Positions 1 through 10,403 of a stretch of 64,000 nucleotides of DNA are shown one piece after another. Every line of letters starts with the position of its first letter. Position 1 is the stretch's first letter. The position numbers and the translations under genes were made by a program. The stretch is taken from positions 14,152-78,151 of the forward strand of contig CBFDCK010000001.1 in assembly GCA_965603285.1 (NCBI GenBank). The letters run 5' to 3'. This stretch comes from an uncultured bacterium. GTDB lineage: Bacteria; Chloroflexota; Anaerolineae; Anaerolineales; UBA4823. The notes under the pieces were generated by a model, which had not been told where the DNA came from, ran no database searches, and saw only the letters and a program-made list of their open reading frames with translations.

Positions 1-257
1 CCCAGAATGCGCTTAATTCCATCTCTCTTTTACAATCAAAGAGCAATATGGATTGCTCCTCTTATTATTGGTCATATATTGGAATAAATGCAATATCGTA
101 TGAGGAGTTTTGAGAACGCACTGGTTCATTGAGATGCTACCATATAGATTTTGGCTGTCAAGTTATGGATTATTCTTGTATCACAAAGTCAGGTATAATC
201 GCGAGCACCATTGTAAGCACAAATTTCATTTAAGTGTGTAATTGGCTTCCCAGCAAA

Positions 258-1277
258 ATGAATTTTTCGCAGAAAATCAGATCGCTATGGTATGGCGACA
301 CGCCAGCCGGGCGGAATACTCGTCGAGCTATAAAGATTATTGTAATAATCGGACTTTTTATTGGTCTATTTTGGATTGTACCTGTTAGAGAAGTCATATT
401 TGCACTTGTAACAGCTGACCTGAGATATCTCCTGCCGGGTTTGTTACTGGTTTTACCGAGTGTATATTTGGGGGCTGTACAGCTTAAATTATTAATCCGA
501 AAGCACGGTATAAATTTAAGCGTTACCCAAATTCTGGTTATAAATCTTACTATAAAGTTCTACCTGCTCTTCCTTCCCGGCACTTTGGTCGGTAGTGGAA
601 TGCGCTGGTATAAGTTCTCTCAAGCGGACGGTAAAGTTGCGGAATCCTTAGTTGCCATTGTATTCAATCGTCTGCTTGAGACTTTTTTAGTTGTCGCCCT
701 TGGGCTTGGTTTCTGGGTGTTGTCTGGAGAGGATATTTTTCAGGATAAAGGGATTGGATTGCTAGTATTATTATCCGTGACCATCATTCTTTGGTTTATT
801 TTGACGCGTATGAGCTTGTTGATGTATGGATGGTTCAAGTCTCATGACTTTAAAGTGCAGCGCCCATTTTGGCAGAACTTGTTATATAAATTTGAAAAAT
901 TATTATCAGCAGTGTCAGCATATGCAGATTTTTCGGCTTTGGAATTATTCTTGGTTGTTACCTTTGGTATTGTACGTATACTATTGAGTATTGTCTCATT
1001 CCAATTATTGGCGAAGTCCGTAGGTATTGAGCTTCCATTCATAGACATGGGATGGATCCATTCGGTTGTAGCGATGACAGCGTTGCTGCCCTTCTCGATT
1101 GCTGGTGGTTTGGGATATCGTGAGGTAAGCCTGATCGCCATGTTAGGCACATTCGGAATTAGCGCCGATCTTGCTCTAGCATTTTCGTTTTTAATATTTA
1201 CCCGCAACGTTTTGCTCGGTCTAATGGGGGGCGTATTGGAAGCCGTGCAAACTATTCGCGTAAGACACACTTCCTAA
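258..1277 (+). CDS. lysylphosphatidylglycerol-synthase TM / flippase-like membrane protein (UPF0104/YbhN-like)
   Basis: Multi-TM ORF with family-like motifs 'LPGTLVGSGMRW', 'FNRLLE', 'LLPFSIAGGLGYRE'; ATG 258 preferred over GTG 234. Confidence 0.75.
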   Translation: MNFSQKIRSLWYGDTPAGRNTRRAIKIIVIIGLFIGLFWIVPVREVIFALVTADLRYLLPGLLLVLPSVYLGAVQLKLLIRKHGINLSVTQILVINLTIKFYLLFLPGTLVGSGMRWYKFSQADGKVAESLVAIVFNRLLETFLVVALGLGFWVLSGEDIFQDKGIGLLVLLSVTIILWFILTRMSLLMYGWFKSHDFKVQRPFWQNLLYKFEKLLSAVSAYADFSALELFLVVTFGIVRILLSIVSFQLLAKSVGIELPFIDMGWIHSVVAMTALLPFSIAGGLGYREVSLIAMLGTFGISADLALAFSFLIFTRNVLLGLMGGVLEAVQTIRVRHTS

Positions 1278-1294
1278 ATTGTTATAGATTAAAA

Positions 1295-3052
1295 TTATTT
1301 AGCATCGATTGCAGGCTTAATATCCAGCACTTTATAATCAAGAGTTTGAAATACTACTGGAAATGGAGATGCATGGTTAATCGGGGCAACCCAGAACCTC
1401 AAAGGATAAACGCTTGAAAGCATAATGACACTTTCATTATCCATGTCCTCATAGAGAGTGCGCAACGCCTGAATTAAAAATGAACTCGTACTGATCCCAA
1501 TCGCTTGCGGTTCATAAAAATTGTAACCCAGGGATTCCATGCGCGGCACCCAATCTTCAACAAAACTTCTATCCCAGAGTATCGCAGCCCCATCTTTGTA
1601 AGTGGTAAAGACTGGTCTCTGGGAGTGCGCTCGAAATTCGCTCCAATTTGGATCAATTAAAAATACATCTTCTATTGAGGTATTCTTTTTCGCCCAATCC
1701 GCAATTTCTTGGATTTGTGAATCCGGAACGCGAATAAAGTGGGCAAGCGCAATTGAATCCGCCTCTCTAGAAATGAAGAACACCCCAAAAGATAGGACAA
1801 TAAGGACTACTATATTCGACAATCGAGTTGGACTACCATCTTTAAGGACAAATCTCCAAAAAGGACGCCATAACACTGCGATTGTTATGATCAGCCACAG
1901 CGACACGATTAAATTAGTGAAGTCAAAAACCTTCTGCCAAAAGATACTGACAAACAAAAGAATCACATAAAGTTTTTTATAGGGTGTATCAAGTTCAATC
2001 AGGTATGCAATGATCGCGATTATCGATATTCCGGTGAAAGCAAACCATAAATCAGTAGCGCGAGCCGGGTGCAAAACCAGCATTGTTGGAGATCTCATTA
2101 TGTATGCAGCTACGAAGGCAACTAATATCCAACCCAAACTCACTAACAGCCATATCATGCCATGTTTATAAAGCTTGCTCAATTCTCGCCTATTGAAATA
2201 TAGTACTGTTGCAGACATAAACATAAAGCCAAAGAATACATAGAACTCTGGAGGATTCCAGGTGAGGGGATAGAGATGCATTGGGAAGCGAGCCTCACTG
2301 GCGAGCAGCCAAATTTCATTGTTTATTGTGCCTATTCGATAAGCGGATGCTGATAGCATGACTGTGGGGAATATCAGGATTGCAAACAGAATAAAAGACC
2401 AAACCCAGTTTTTCCAATCTGACCTGTAGTTTTTATCCAATAAAAACACTGCTGCAAAGTAGACACAAGCGTATGCCCCATACATACTGTTAAGAGTAAA
2501 ACCGATTGCCAACCAAAGAGCCCAATAATAAGGACGTTTTGAATAGAATGCAGCTATAGCGAAGAGAAAAAAAGAAATAGATAAACTAGTTTGTTCGAAA
2601 TAACCGCTAACTAGTGTCCCATGACCTAACAATGAAATTGGCCACAATGCAAAGAATGCCATCGCACCAACCGCCGCGAGCTTGCTTCCTGGATTTATGG
2701 TCATAGCCAATTGTGCGGCTGCTATCAAGACCAGAGCTCGTGCTGCTAAAAATAAAAATGTGAGTAAAATCTCAATGGGTATGTAATTGGCGAGTACCGC
2801 AACCAACCGCCAAATCGGAGCCGCATAATGAACGAGGGTGGAGACGAATGGATCATTAGGAAAAAGTGCTGGATTGTTGATCGATTGTACGAGAGGTATT
2901 GTTATGGCTTGATTGCCATAATAAATTCGATAACCCGTCATGAGTAAAGATGAAATAAACAGGATCAAGCCCTGTAACCACAATGGGAATTTCCATTGTC
3001 CTAATGTGGAAGGCTTTTCTTCCTTAACAACCAATACAGCATTTGCAGTCAC
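1295..3052 (-). CDS. polytopic membrane protein, GT-C-like (DUF6798-like C-terminus), paralog 1 of 3
   Basis: Many TM segments; 'LFPNDPF', 'EARFPMHLYP', C-terminal 'SEFRAHSQRPVFTTYKDG...WVPR'; clearly similar to the next two ORFs. Confidence 0.6.
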   Translation of the reverse strand: MTANAVLVVKEEKPSTLGQWKFPLWLQGLILFISSLLMTGYRIYYGNQAITIPLVQSINNPALFPNDPFVSTLVHYAAPIWRLVAVLANYIPIEILLTFLFLAARALVLIAAAQLAMTINPGSKLAAVGAMAFFALWPISLLGHGTLVSGYFEQTSLSISFFLFAIAAFYSKRPYYWALWLAIGFTLNSMYGAYACVYFAAVFLLDKNYRSDWKNWVWSFILFAILIFPTVMLSASAYRIGTINNEIWLLASEARFPMHLYPLTWNPPEFYVFFGFMFMSATVLYFNRRELSKLYKHGMIWLLVSLGWILVAFVAAYIMRSPTMLVLHPARATDLWFAFTGISIIAIIAYLIELDTPYKKLYVILLFVSIFWQKVFDFTNLIVSLWLIITIAVLWRPFWRFVLKDGSPTRLSNIVVLIVLSFGVFFISREADSIALAHFIRVPDSQIQEIADWAKKNTSIEDVFLIDPNWSEFRAHSQRPVFTTYKDGAAILWDRSFVEDWVPRMESLGYNFYEPQAIGISTSSFLIQALRTLYEDMDNESVIMLSSVYPLRFWVAPINHASPFPVVFQTLDYKVLDIKPAIDAK

Positions 3053-3078
3053 ACTTGCCGTCCCGGGATGGTATCTAT

Positions 3079-4818
3079 TTACGGTTTCAGGTCTAGCACT
3101 TTATAGCCTGCAGTTTGAAAAACAACCGGAAACGATGAGGTATGATCGACTGGAATAACCCAGAACCTGATGGGATAACTGTTTGAAAGAGCAATGATAT
3201 TCTCATCGTCCAAGTTCTCATACATGCGGGTCAATGGTCTAAAGCCGTCAGCTGTACCAGATTCGTCTGTTTTCTCAAAATTGAAACCGAAGGATTCAAT
3301 ACGCGTCACCCATTCACTAACAAAACTCCGTTCCCAAAAAATAGCAGTACCATCTTTCCAAGTGACAAATACAGGTCTCTGGGAAAGCGCTCGGAATTCG
3401 CTCCAATTTGGATCTATTAAGAATACATCACCTTTGGAAGTATTCTCTAACGCCCAATTTGCAACTTCTTGAATTTGCGACTTTGGATATCGAATGATTG
3501 CAATAACTCTATCTGAATACACCTGAATCGAAAACGTAATCAGCCCCAATAACATAACAATAAGTACCACAATATAGGATAGCCGAGTTGGATTGCCTTC
3601 TCTCAAAATCAACCTCCACAGTGGCTTCGAGATTACTCCGATTGTGAGGATTAGAAATATCCATTCCATTAAGAAAGTGAATTCAAAGAACCAGAACCAG
3701 AAGATACTGAAAAAAAACAGGATAATAAAAAGCCGTTTATTGGACATGTTTTTTTCGATGAGGCGCGTAAAAACCGCTATCATCGAAATTACTGCGAAGG
3801 CAAACCATAAATCCATACCACGTGCTGATTGCATAACCAGCATCGCTGGCGACTCCGTTATATATGCGGCTACAAAAGCGAAAATCAGCCAGCACAAGCT
3901 AACCGCCAGCCATATTATGCCGTGTTTATACAACTTGCTCAGCTCTTTTTTTCCGAGATATATCACGATTACAAAGCATGAGATAAACGCGAATAAAAGA
4001 TTGTATTTGAATGGTTTCCAAGTAAGCGGGAATATATGAAATGGATGGCGTACCTCACTGACCTGCAACCAGAGTTCTGTATTTACAGTGTCGAGACGAA
4101 ATGCTGATGCTGTTTGTACGATCGTGGGGGAAGCAAGGACAAAAAACAAAAATCCTGGTACAACCCAAATTTTCCAATTTGATCTGTAGTTGGTATCCAA
4201 TAAGAACAGCGTTGCGAAGTAGACACAGGCATAAACTCCATACAAAACGTTTAGATTAAAACCAATTGCAAGCCAAAGAGACCAATAACAAGGACGCATC
4301 GAATAAAACGCAGCGGTGGCCAATAATAAAAAGGCAATGGATATACTGGTGTGTTCGAAGTAGTTATTGACCAGAGTTCCATGACCAATTATTGGAGTAG
4401 GATACAGAGCAAAAAAAGCCATCGCCCCAATTGGCGCTAGCCTTGAGCCGGGATTTAAAGTCATAGCTAGCCGTGCTGCTGCGACTAAGATTAGTGCCCG
4501 CGTTACTAAGAAAAGAATTAATAGTAACGACTCTAGGGGCACATAATTTGAGATAATCGCGACTACCTGCCAAATAGGACCTATATAATGAACGAATGTG
4601 GATACGAAAGGATCATTAGGAAACAGTGATGGGTCGTTCATCCATTGGACGTACGGGATCTGCATTGCATGATTGGCTGAGTAAACCTGATAACCTGAAA
4701 TGAGTAAAGAGGAGAGGAAAATGATCAAGCCTTGCAGCCACAATGAAAACCTCCATTGTCTGATTTCAGGTAACTTGATTTTGTCAACTAATGTGGCGTT
4801 CAAGGTCATGTCTATCAT
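3079..4818 (-). CDS. polytopic membrane protein, GT-C-like (DUF6798-like), paralog 2 of 3
   Basis: Same motifs: 'LFPNDPF', 'EVRHPFHIFP', 'SEFRALSQRPVFVTWKDG'. Confidence 0.6.
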   Translation of the reverse strand: MIDMTLNATLVDKIKLPEIRQWRFSLWLQGLIIFLSSLLISGYQVYSANHAMQIPYVQWMNDPSLFPNDPFVSTFVHYIGPIWQVVAIISNYVPLESLLLILFLVTRALILVAAARLAMTLNPGSRLAPIGAMAFFALYPTPIIGHGTLVNNYFEHTSISIAFLLLATAAFYSMRPCYWSLWLAIGFNLNVLYGVYACVYFATLFLLDTNYRSNWKIWVVPGFLFFVLASPTIVQTASAFRLDTVNTELWLQVSEVRHPFHIFPLTWKPFKYNLLFAFISCFVIVIYLGKKELSKLYKHGIIWLAVSLCWLIFAFVAAYITESPAMLVMQSARGMDLWFAFAVISMIAVFTRLIEKNMSNKRLFIILFFFSIFWFWFFEFTFLMEWIFLILTIGVISKPLWRLILREGNPTRLSYIVVLIVMLLGLITFSIQVYSDRVIAIIRYPKSQIQEVANWALENTSKGDVFLIDPNWSEFRALSQRPVFVTWKDGTAIFWERSFVSEWVTRIESFGFNFEKTDESGTADGFRPLTRMYENLDDENIIALSNSYPIRFWVIPVDHTSSFPVVFQTAGYKVLDLKP

Positions 4819-4833
4819 CCCGGGAAGTTTAGA

Positions 4834-6525
4834 TTATTTTGGAATGAGGTTTAATACCTTAAAGTCATGAGTCTGAAAAACTGATGGTAAAGATGATGGG
4901 TGGTCAATGGAAACGACCCAGAAACTGATTGGATAATTGTTTGAGAGAATTGTAACATCTTCATCATCCATGTCTTCGTATAGACGACTCAATTGACTAG
5001 AACCTTTAGTTGTACCCAATTGATCAGTATCCATAAAATAGAAGCCAAAAGATTCTATACGCGTCACCCATTCACTAACAAAACTTCGTTCCCAAAGCAT
5101 TGCGGTACCATCTTTCCAAGTGACAAAGACAGCTCTCTGGGAAAGCGCTCGGAATTCTTCCCAATGCGGATCTACTAAAAATATATCTTTTGAAGAGGTA
5201 TTTTCTCTTGCCCAATCCGCGATTTCCATCATTTGAGAATCAGGAAGTCTGATGATATCCCCGACGGCACCTGCCTTCGCTAGATTTGAGATTCTAAACA
5301 CAGCAAAAAACAGGACAACTAGCACAACAATATTCGAAAGACGAGTTGCATCCCCGTGTTTTAGAATAAATTTCCATGTAGGGTTCCAGAATACTCCAAC
5401 AGCGATGATTGCCCAAATATAAATCGTTATAAGAGAGAAGTAAAAAAAATTAAGCCACATGAAACTGATAAAGAAAAAGATTACATAGAGCCGCTTATGA
5501 TTGGTTTTATCATTAATTAGATAGGCAAGAACAGCTATCATAGCGGTGACGGCAAAGGCAAAAAACAAGTCCGTACCGCGCGCTGGATGCATTATCAGCA
5601 TCGCTGGAGAATTCACAACATAAGCAGCTACAAAGGCGTAAATCAGCCAGCATATACTGACAGCCAGCCAGATCATACCGTGTTTAAACAACTTGTCCAT
5701 TTCCTTTTTACTACGATATAGTAATATGGCGTAGCATGAGATAAACGCAAAGAAGAGATAAAAACGATAATACTCCCAGGTAAGGGGATAGAGATGAAAG
5801 GACATGCGTACCTCACTAACCCGCAGCCAAAGTTCTTTGTTTACAGTATTAATTTGAAATGCTGACATTGTTGGTACGATCGTGGGGGATGCAAGGATGA
5901 CAAATAAAATTCCTGGCAGAACCCAATCTTTCCAATTAGACCTGTAACAGGTATCTAAAAGAAATACTGCCGTGAAGTAAACACAGGCATAGGTTCCATA
6001 CATAATGTTGAGATTTAAACCAATAGCAAGCCAAAGAACCCAATAAAAAGGACGCTTCGAATAAAATGCAGCGGTGGCCAATAATAAAAATGCAATAGAT
6101 AAGCTGGTGTGTTCGAAGTAATTAATAACTAGAGTTCCATGACCTATTAAAGGAGATGGCGAAAGTGCAAAAAAGGCCATCGCTCCTACTGATGCTAGCC
6201 TTGAACCGGGATATAAAGTCATGGCTAATCGTGCTGCTGCGACTAAGATTAGCGCCCGCGTGACTAGGAAAAGAATTAATAATAATGACTCTAGGGGCAC
6301 ATAATTTGATATAAAAGCGACCACCTGCCAAATCGGACCTATATAATGCTCGAAAGTGGAGACGAATGGATCATTAGGAAAAAGTGATGGGTTGTTTATC
6401 CATTGGACAAACGGAATTTGCACTGCATGGTTATCTGAATAAACTTGATATCCTGTAAAAAAAACAGAGGACAGGAAAATGATTAAACCTTGTAGCCAAA
6501 ACAATAATCTACTTCGCCATTCCAT
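4834..6525 (-). CDS. polytopic membrane protein, GT-C-like (DUF6798-like), paralog 3 of 3
   Basis: Same motifs: 'LFPNDPF', 'EVRMSFHLYP', 'EEFRALSQRAVFVTWKDG'. Confidence 0.6.
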   Translation of the reverse strand: MEWRSRLLFWLQGLIIFLSSVFFTGYQVYSDNHAVQIPFVQWINNPSLFPNDPFVSTFEHYIGPIWQVVAFISNYVPLESLLLILFLVTRALILVAAARLAMTLYPGSRLASVGAMAFFALSPSPLIGHGTLVINYFEHTSLSIAFLLLATAAFYSKRPFYWVLWLAIGLNLNIMYGTYACVYFTAVFLLDTCYRSNWKDWVLPGILFVILASPTIVPTMSAFQINTVNKELWLRVSEVRMSFHLYPLTWEYYRFYLFFAFISCYAILLYRSKKEMDKLFKHGMIWLAVSICWLIYAFVAAYVVNSPAMLIMHPARGTDLFFAFAVTAMIAVLAYLINDKTNHKRLYVIFFFISFMWLNFFYFSLITIYIWAIIAVGVFWNPTWKFILKHGDATRLSNIVVLVVLFFAVFRISNLAKAGAVGDIIRLPDSQMMEIADWARENTSSKDIFLVDPHWEEFRALSQRAVFVTWKDGTAMLWERSFVSEWVTRIESFGFYFMDTDQLGTTKGSSQLSRLYEDMDDEDVTILSNNYPISFWVVSIDHPSSLPSVFQTHDFKVLNLIPK

Positions 6526-6686
6526 ATCAACCTTTACCTTGTCAGATCCTTTAGCTTTTTTTCACACTTTCTATCTCAATCTCGAGCAAAGCTATTATTA
6601 GACGCATATTTTATGCAAAACAATGTTAAGGACATGGTATTAGCACTAATCAATGTCATGCGTGTACAAAGCGTACTTGTGGAGGG

Positions 6687-8645
6687 TTAAGGCTTTCGTT
6701 TAAAAATACGAATATGAGTGTTGTCTTCGCAGTAAACGGTAGGTTGCGTACTTTCCAGCTCTTCAAAGGCATAAGATTTTAAACGTTCTCTGTACCACTC
6801 ATCGTAATAGCGTTGCTGCACTAATACGAAATCCGATTCGTTTATCCATTGATCAGCCAGCGGCACACTCCACCAGCCGTATTTTAAGAGTTGATCCGGG
6901 TCACCATCATATTTATAGGAGTAGTCACCATTTAACTGTGGTGGATAAATCTTGATCTCTGGAACATATAGTAAAGGTACAACAGAGTTGCCCCCTTTCC
7001 AGTAGACTTGTGCCCCAGGAGGAATAACGCTGGCGAGATGTTCGCCGGCTGCTTCATACGAAGCGATGACATCCCGATTGCAGAAAAAGGCATCTCTTTC
7101 ATCCATGATATCCACCACAGGGGACAGAATTGATCCTATTAGCAAAAATATCAAGAGTGCCCAGTATCCGTAGACTGGAAAGGTGCTTTTATTATCTTTT
7201 GAAAATATCTTTCGAAGATGTGGGGAAATTACCCTGATTACCAGTGCAAGTAGTAAGAGCAGAAGGCCTATCCCAAATCCCGCAATTGTAGAAACTACTC
7301 GGCGTGAAGTTTTAAAGTCGTAATCGTAGGTCTTCTTCAGATAATTTCGGAGGGGCACAGTCCCTGAAACTTTTTCTGGGAACTCAAGGATTGATCTTGG
7401 GATTTGTATCTCAAGGATTTGTTTGCCTATTTGTTCATAAACCCCGAAGCCTACAAGAGTGGAAATGAAAATGATCAACAATATAATGACCAATTGAAGC
7501 CAAAGAGGGATTTGTTTTCGCCAGGCGGTGTAGGTTAACGGGATGAGCAGAATTCCAATTGATGAGAAAAAAGTCAAGTAGCTTGATAGACAGAAAACAC
7601 AGTAATAGCTCCCAACCGATGACCATGTGTGTATAAGTAGTAATAGTATGAATAAGGCACATAGAAAAACAGCAGTACGCAAATCGGATTTCTTCTTAAA
7701 CCCGCCCTTGATTGGCCACAGCAGCACTGCGATCAGCACAGCGATCAAGGCTGGAAAGTGATTGCGAATAGACTGCGATAAACTTAATATCTGATTCTCC
7801 TTTGTAATGACAGGGTTCCAAACGCTTGGGAAATATGTTTGGGTTCGCCATTTGTTCAGGAACGGAGTAACTGAACGGGGTAGTAAAAGCGCCCATACTT
7901 GAAGGATGCCGGGCCAAAAAAGCAGATAGCCAAAAATGACGGTCAATATACCCAGTGAGGCAGCAATGAATCCATTCCTTCTTCCGTGTGCCCAAAAGAC
8001 ATATAGGATTAACAAGGGCAGCACTGGCATAAGGTTGAGCCTGGTTATTGCCATTAATCCGGCCAATATCGATCCTAAGGCTATCTGCCAAGTTGGACGA
8101 TCATCTCCTATCACAAGAATAAGAGTCCAGACTAACATACAGGCGATCAAACCCTGAGACACGCCAAGGCTGAACATCTTGATCGCTGAAATATTTATCG
8201 CGAAAATCCAGACAACGGCTGCTGCCCACCATTTTCCACCCAGACGCTTTCCCAGAACCCATAATCCCAGCAGCATCAATAATGCCAGTGCGATTGCAAA
8301 TCCTCGACCTGTAAGCAATCCAGGCTCCAGTAAATATTGGATTGAACCTGGAATCAGGAATGACAAGGGCATTTTATTGCTCCAGGGACCGTAGAACTGA
8401 TACATCGAATATTGACCGGAAACGTAGAGTAATCCCTTGTACAAATATGTGCCTTCATCTAAAACGGAGGGGAGTAAACGAGCGTATTTCCATAACTGTA
8501 AGATGAATACGATGCCCCCCAGAAGCGACACTACTTCAGCCAACCATGGGAGAGAGGCTGTAGAACGTAGAAATTTGTGTAACATAAACCACAAATTGCC
8601 ATCATGTTCCAATTCTTGGATATCAGCCTGTTTATTGGGGGTCAT
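6687..8645 (-). CDS. ArnT/PMT-like GT-C glycosyltransferase
   Basis: 'LDEGTY' acidic motif after the first TM, 'NKMPL', 'TGR', 'TRLN', many TMs, soluble C-terminal domain. Confidence 0.65.
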   Translation of the reverse strand: MTPNKQADIQELEHDGNLWFMLHKFLRSTASLPWLAEVVSLLGGIVFILQLWKYARLLPSVLDEGTYLYKGLLYVSGQYSMYQFYGPWSNKMPLSFLIPGSIQYLLEPGLLTGRGFAIALALLMLLGLWVLGKRLGGKWWAAAVVWIFAINISAIKMFSLGVSQGLIACMLVWTLILVIGDDRPTWQIALGSILAGLMAITRLNLMPVLPLLILYVFWAHGRRNGFIAASLGILTVIFGYLLFWPGILQVWALLLPRSVTPFLNKWRTQTYFPSVWNPVITKENQILSLSQSIRNHFPALIAVLIAVLLWPIKGGFKKKSDLRTAVFLCALFILLLLIHTWSSVGSYYCVFCLSSYLTFFSSIGILLIPLTYTAWRKQIPLWLQLVIILLIIFISTLVGFGVYEQIGKQILEIQIPRSILEFPEKVSGTVPLRNYLKKTYDYDFKTSRRVVSTIAGFGIGLLLLLLALVIRVISPHLRKIFSKDNKSTFPVYGYWALLIFLLIGSILSPVVDIMDERDAFFCNRDVIASYEAAGEHLASVIPPGAQVYWKGGNSVVPLLYVPEIKIYPPQLNGDYSYKYDGDPDQLLKYGWWSVPLADQWINESDFVLVQQRYYDEWYRERLKSYAFEELESTQPTVYCEDNTHIRIFKRKP

Positions 8646-8730
8646 GTTTTGTTAGAAATAGCTTTAATTGTTTGGTAGTAATAAAGGACTTGAACTTTCG
8701 GAATTCTCGAAAAGTTTGTAATTTAAGTCT

Positions 8731-10359
8731 TCACCCTTCCTGCTTATCGATGGGGGAGTTCGTTCTGGCCCATTCCCAAATAAGGTACATAGCAGCAGTG
8801 ACAAAGCCTAATCCAAGCGTTTTAAACAGGTCTTCGATTGGCCAGTAGAACCCAGTGTAACGCCCCAAATACCATGGTATGAACCAGGCAAGGATCAATA
8901 AAACGCTGATAAAGGCACGGCGCAGCCACGGATCATGCGTACGGCGGTGTTCCACAATGTCCCAGGCTGTCAGAGCTGCACCCAAACCTGCAAAAGCAGC
9001 TCGGTACCTTGGGTTATCCCACATATCGCCCCCACCTCGGAAAGCGGCAATCAGAATGCCGCCCCACACGATCAGGCTGATAATAAATGTAAAACCATGA
9101 TCGTCTTTTTTGCGGGGAGCACGCAGCAGCGCGTAAATTAAGAACGGCAGGATCACGGTCCAACCAACAGCACGCCAGATTGCGATCCAATGCCAGATCT
9201 TGGCTTGGCTGCCTGCAACGATTGCTGCGGGCAGAAACGGCTGAAGTACCCCGTATGTGAGCAGTAATGGGAGATGTGTCCATTCTGGAGTGCTCCTGAA
9301 CACTTGCTGCATCCAGCCAGAATCAAGGCGAGTAAGGTGGGCTTGAAATCTGGCAGATTTGCGAATCCAATACTCCAATACAGCGATCGGATTCGTCATG
9401 CCATCTGGTGCAAACTGCTTCAACGCCAACCACATTCCAGCAGAGATGATGACTGTAACACCGATGATAAGCCAAAATAACTGCTTTGGTAGGATGTGAT
9501 CTTTCAGGGAGGCTTTGTTTAGAGGAATGGCTGCTAGCGCCAACATAAGCAGTAACAATGCCGTGTAAGGTGGAGAGAGGGGTAGGCATAGCAGTAAAGC
9601 CACCAGCATCCATCTCAGACCAGACCATGAGCGCTCCTGAAAGTAGAGTATCAAACCGTAAAAAGCGACCATCGTCAGTGTCATTGTGAACGCTTCGCGC
9701 ATTTGGGAACTGCCTAGCAGCACAGCTTCTGGATAGAGAGTCATTATCAAGGCGGCAATCCATGCTTCAGTTTGACCCCATGCACGCCGAGTGAAGGCCC
9801 AGGTAAAGAGAACCACCAGGGAGGACACTGCGGCTGTTAAGACGATAATCAGTACGGGTTGGTGCTGATCTGTACCCAAGTAGCGGTAAAACCAAGCGCT
9901 CAGAAATAGCATCCCCCCATATTGGTCATATTTTCGATTATCTCGAAATGCTCTCCAAAGTGGCTTGTTGGAACCTGCCAGTTGATGGGCTGCCTGGTCG
10001 CGTTTACTCGCGTCCGCCATCACATAGCCAGCTCTCTCGTGGGAAGAACCGTGCCCCATCACGGGCAACGCGACAAACCAGAACACTCCTACAGCCAGGC
10101 GCAAAAGAGCTGCGGTGATTATTAGAATGCCCAACAAGCGTGGGAGATTCTCTCCTCTGAGCATCCACCAGCAACACACAATTATTCCGGCAGCTATCAA
10201 GACGGCTCCAAGAAATGACGCCCAGCCAGTAACCTCTGTGAACCCGGATGAAATCCAGGTCAGTGCCGAGGAAAGGAGCAGGCAAAACAGGATGGTAATG
10301 AGCCAGAACTGCCACCTCGCTAGTGGGGATTGAAGCCTCTCTTGGTTATTAATTGTCAT
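8731..10359 (-). CDS. polytopic GT-C/Wzy-like membrane protein
   Basis: Multi-TM, 'YPEAVLLGSSQMREA', 'DNPRYR'; start moved to ATG 10359 to avoid overlap with the GT4 gene. Confidence 0.55.
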   Translation of the reverse strand: MTINNQERLQSPLARWQFWLITILFCLLLSSALTWISSGFTEVTGWASFLGAVLIAAGIIVCCWWMLRGENLPRLLGILIITAALLRLAVGVFWFVALPVMGHGSSHERAGYVMADASKRDQAAHQLAGSNKPLWRAFRDNRKYDQYGGMLFLSAWFYRYLGTDQHQPVLIIVLTAAVSSLVVLFTWAFTRRAWGQTEAWIAALIMTLYPEAVLLGSSQMREAFTMTLTMVAFYGLILYFQERSWSGLRWMLVALLLCLPLSPPYTALLLLMLALAAIPLNKASLKDHILPKQLFWLIIGVTVIISAGMWLALKQFAPDGMTNPIAVLEYWIRKSARFQAHLTRLDSGWMQQVFRSTPEWTHLPLLLTYGVLQPFLPAAIVAGSQAKIWHWIAIWRAVGWTVILPFLIYALLRAPRKKDDHGFTFIISLIVWGGILIAAFRGGGDMWDNPRYRAAFAGLGAALTAWDIVEHRRTHDPWLRRAFISVLLILAWFIPWYLGRYTGFYWPIEDLFKTLGLGFVTAAMYLIWEWARTNSPIDKQEG

Positions 10360-10403
10360 ACTGAAATTTCCATGTGATCGGTTATCGTTATGGACTTTCT
10401 CTT

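Noticed and set aside
1..22. Minus-strand ATG reading MELSAFW..., possibly the start of a Wzz-like gene
   Set aside because: Only 7 codons inside the window
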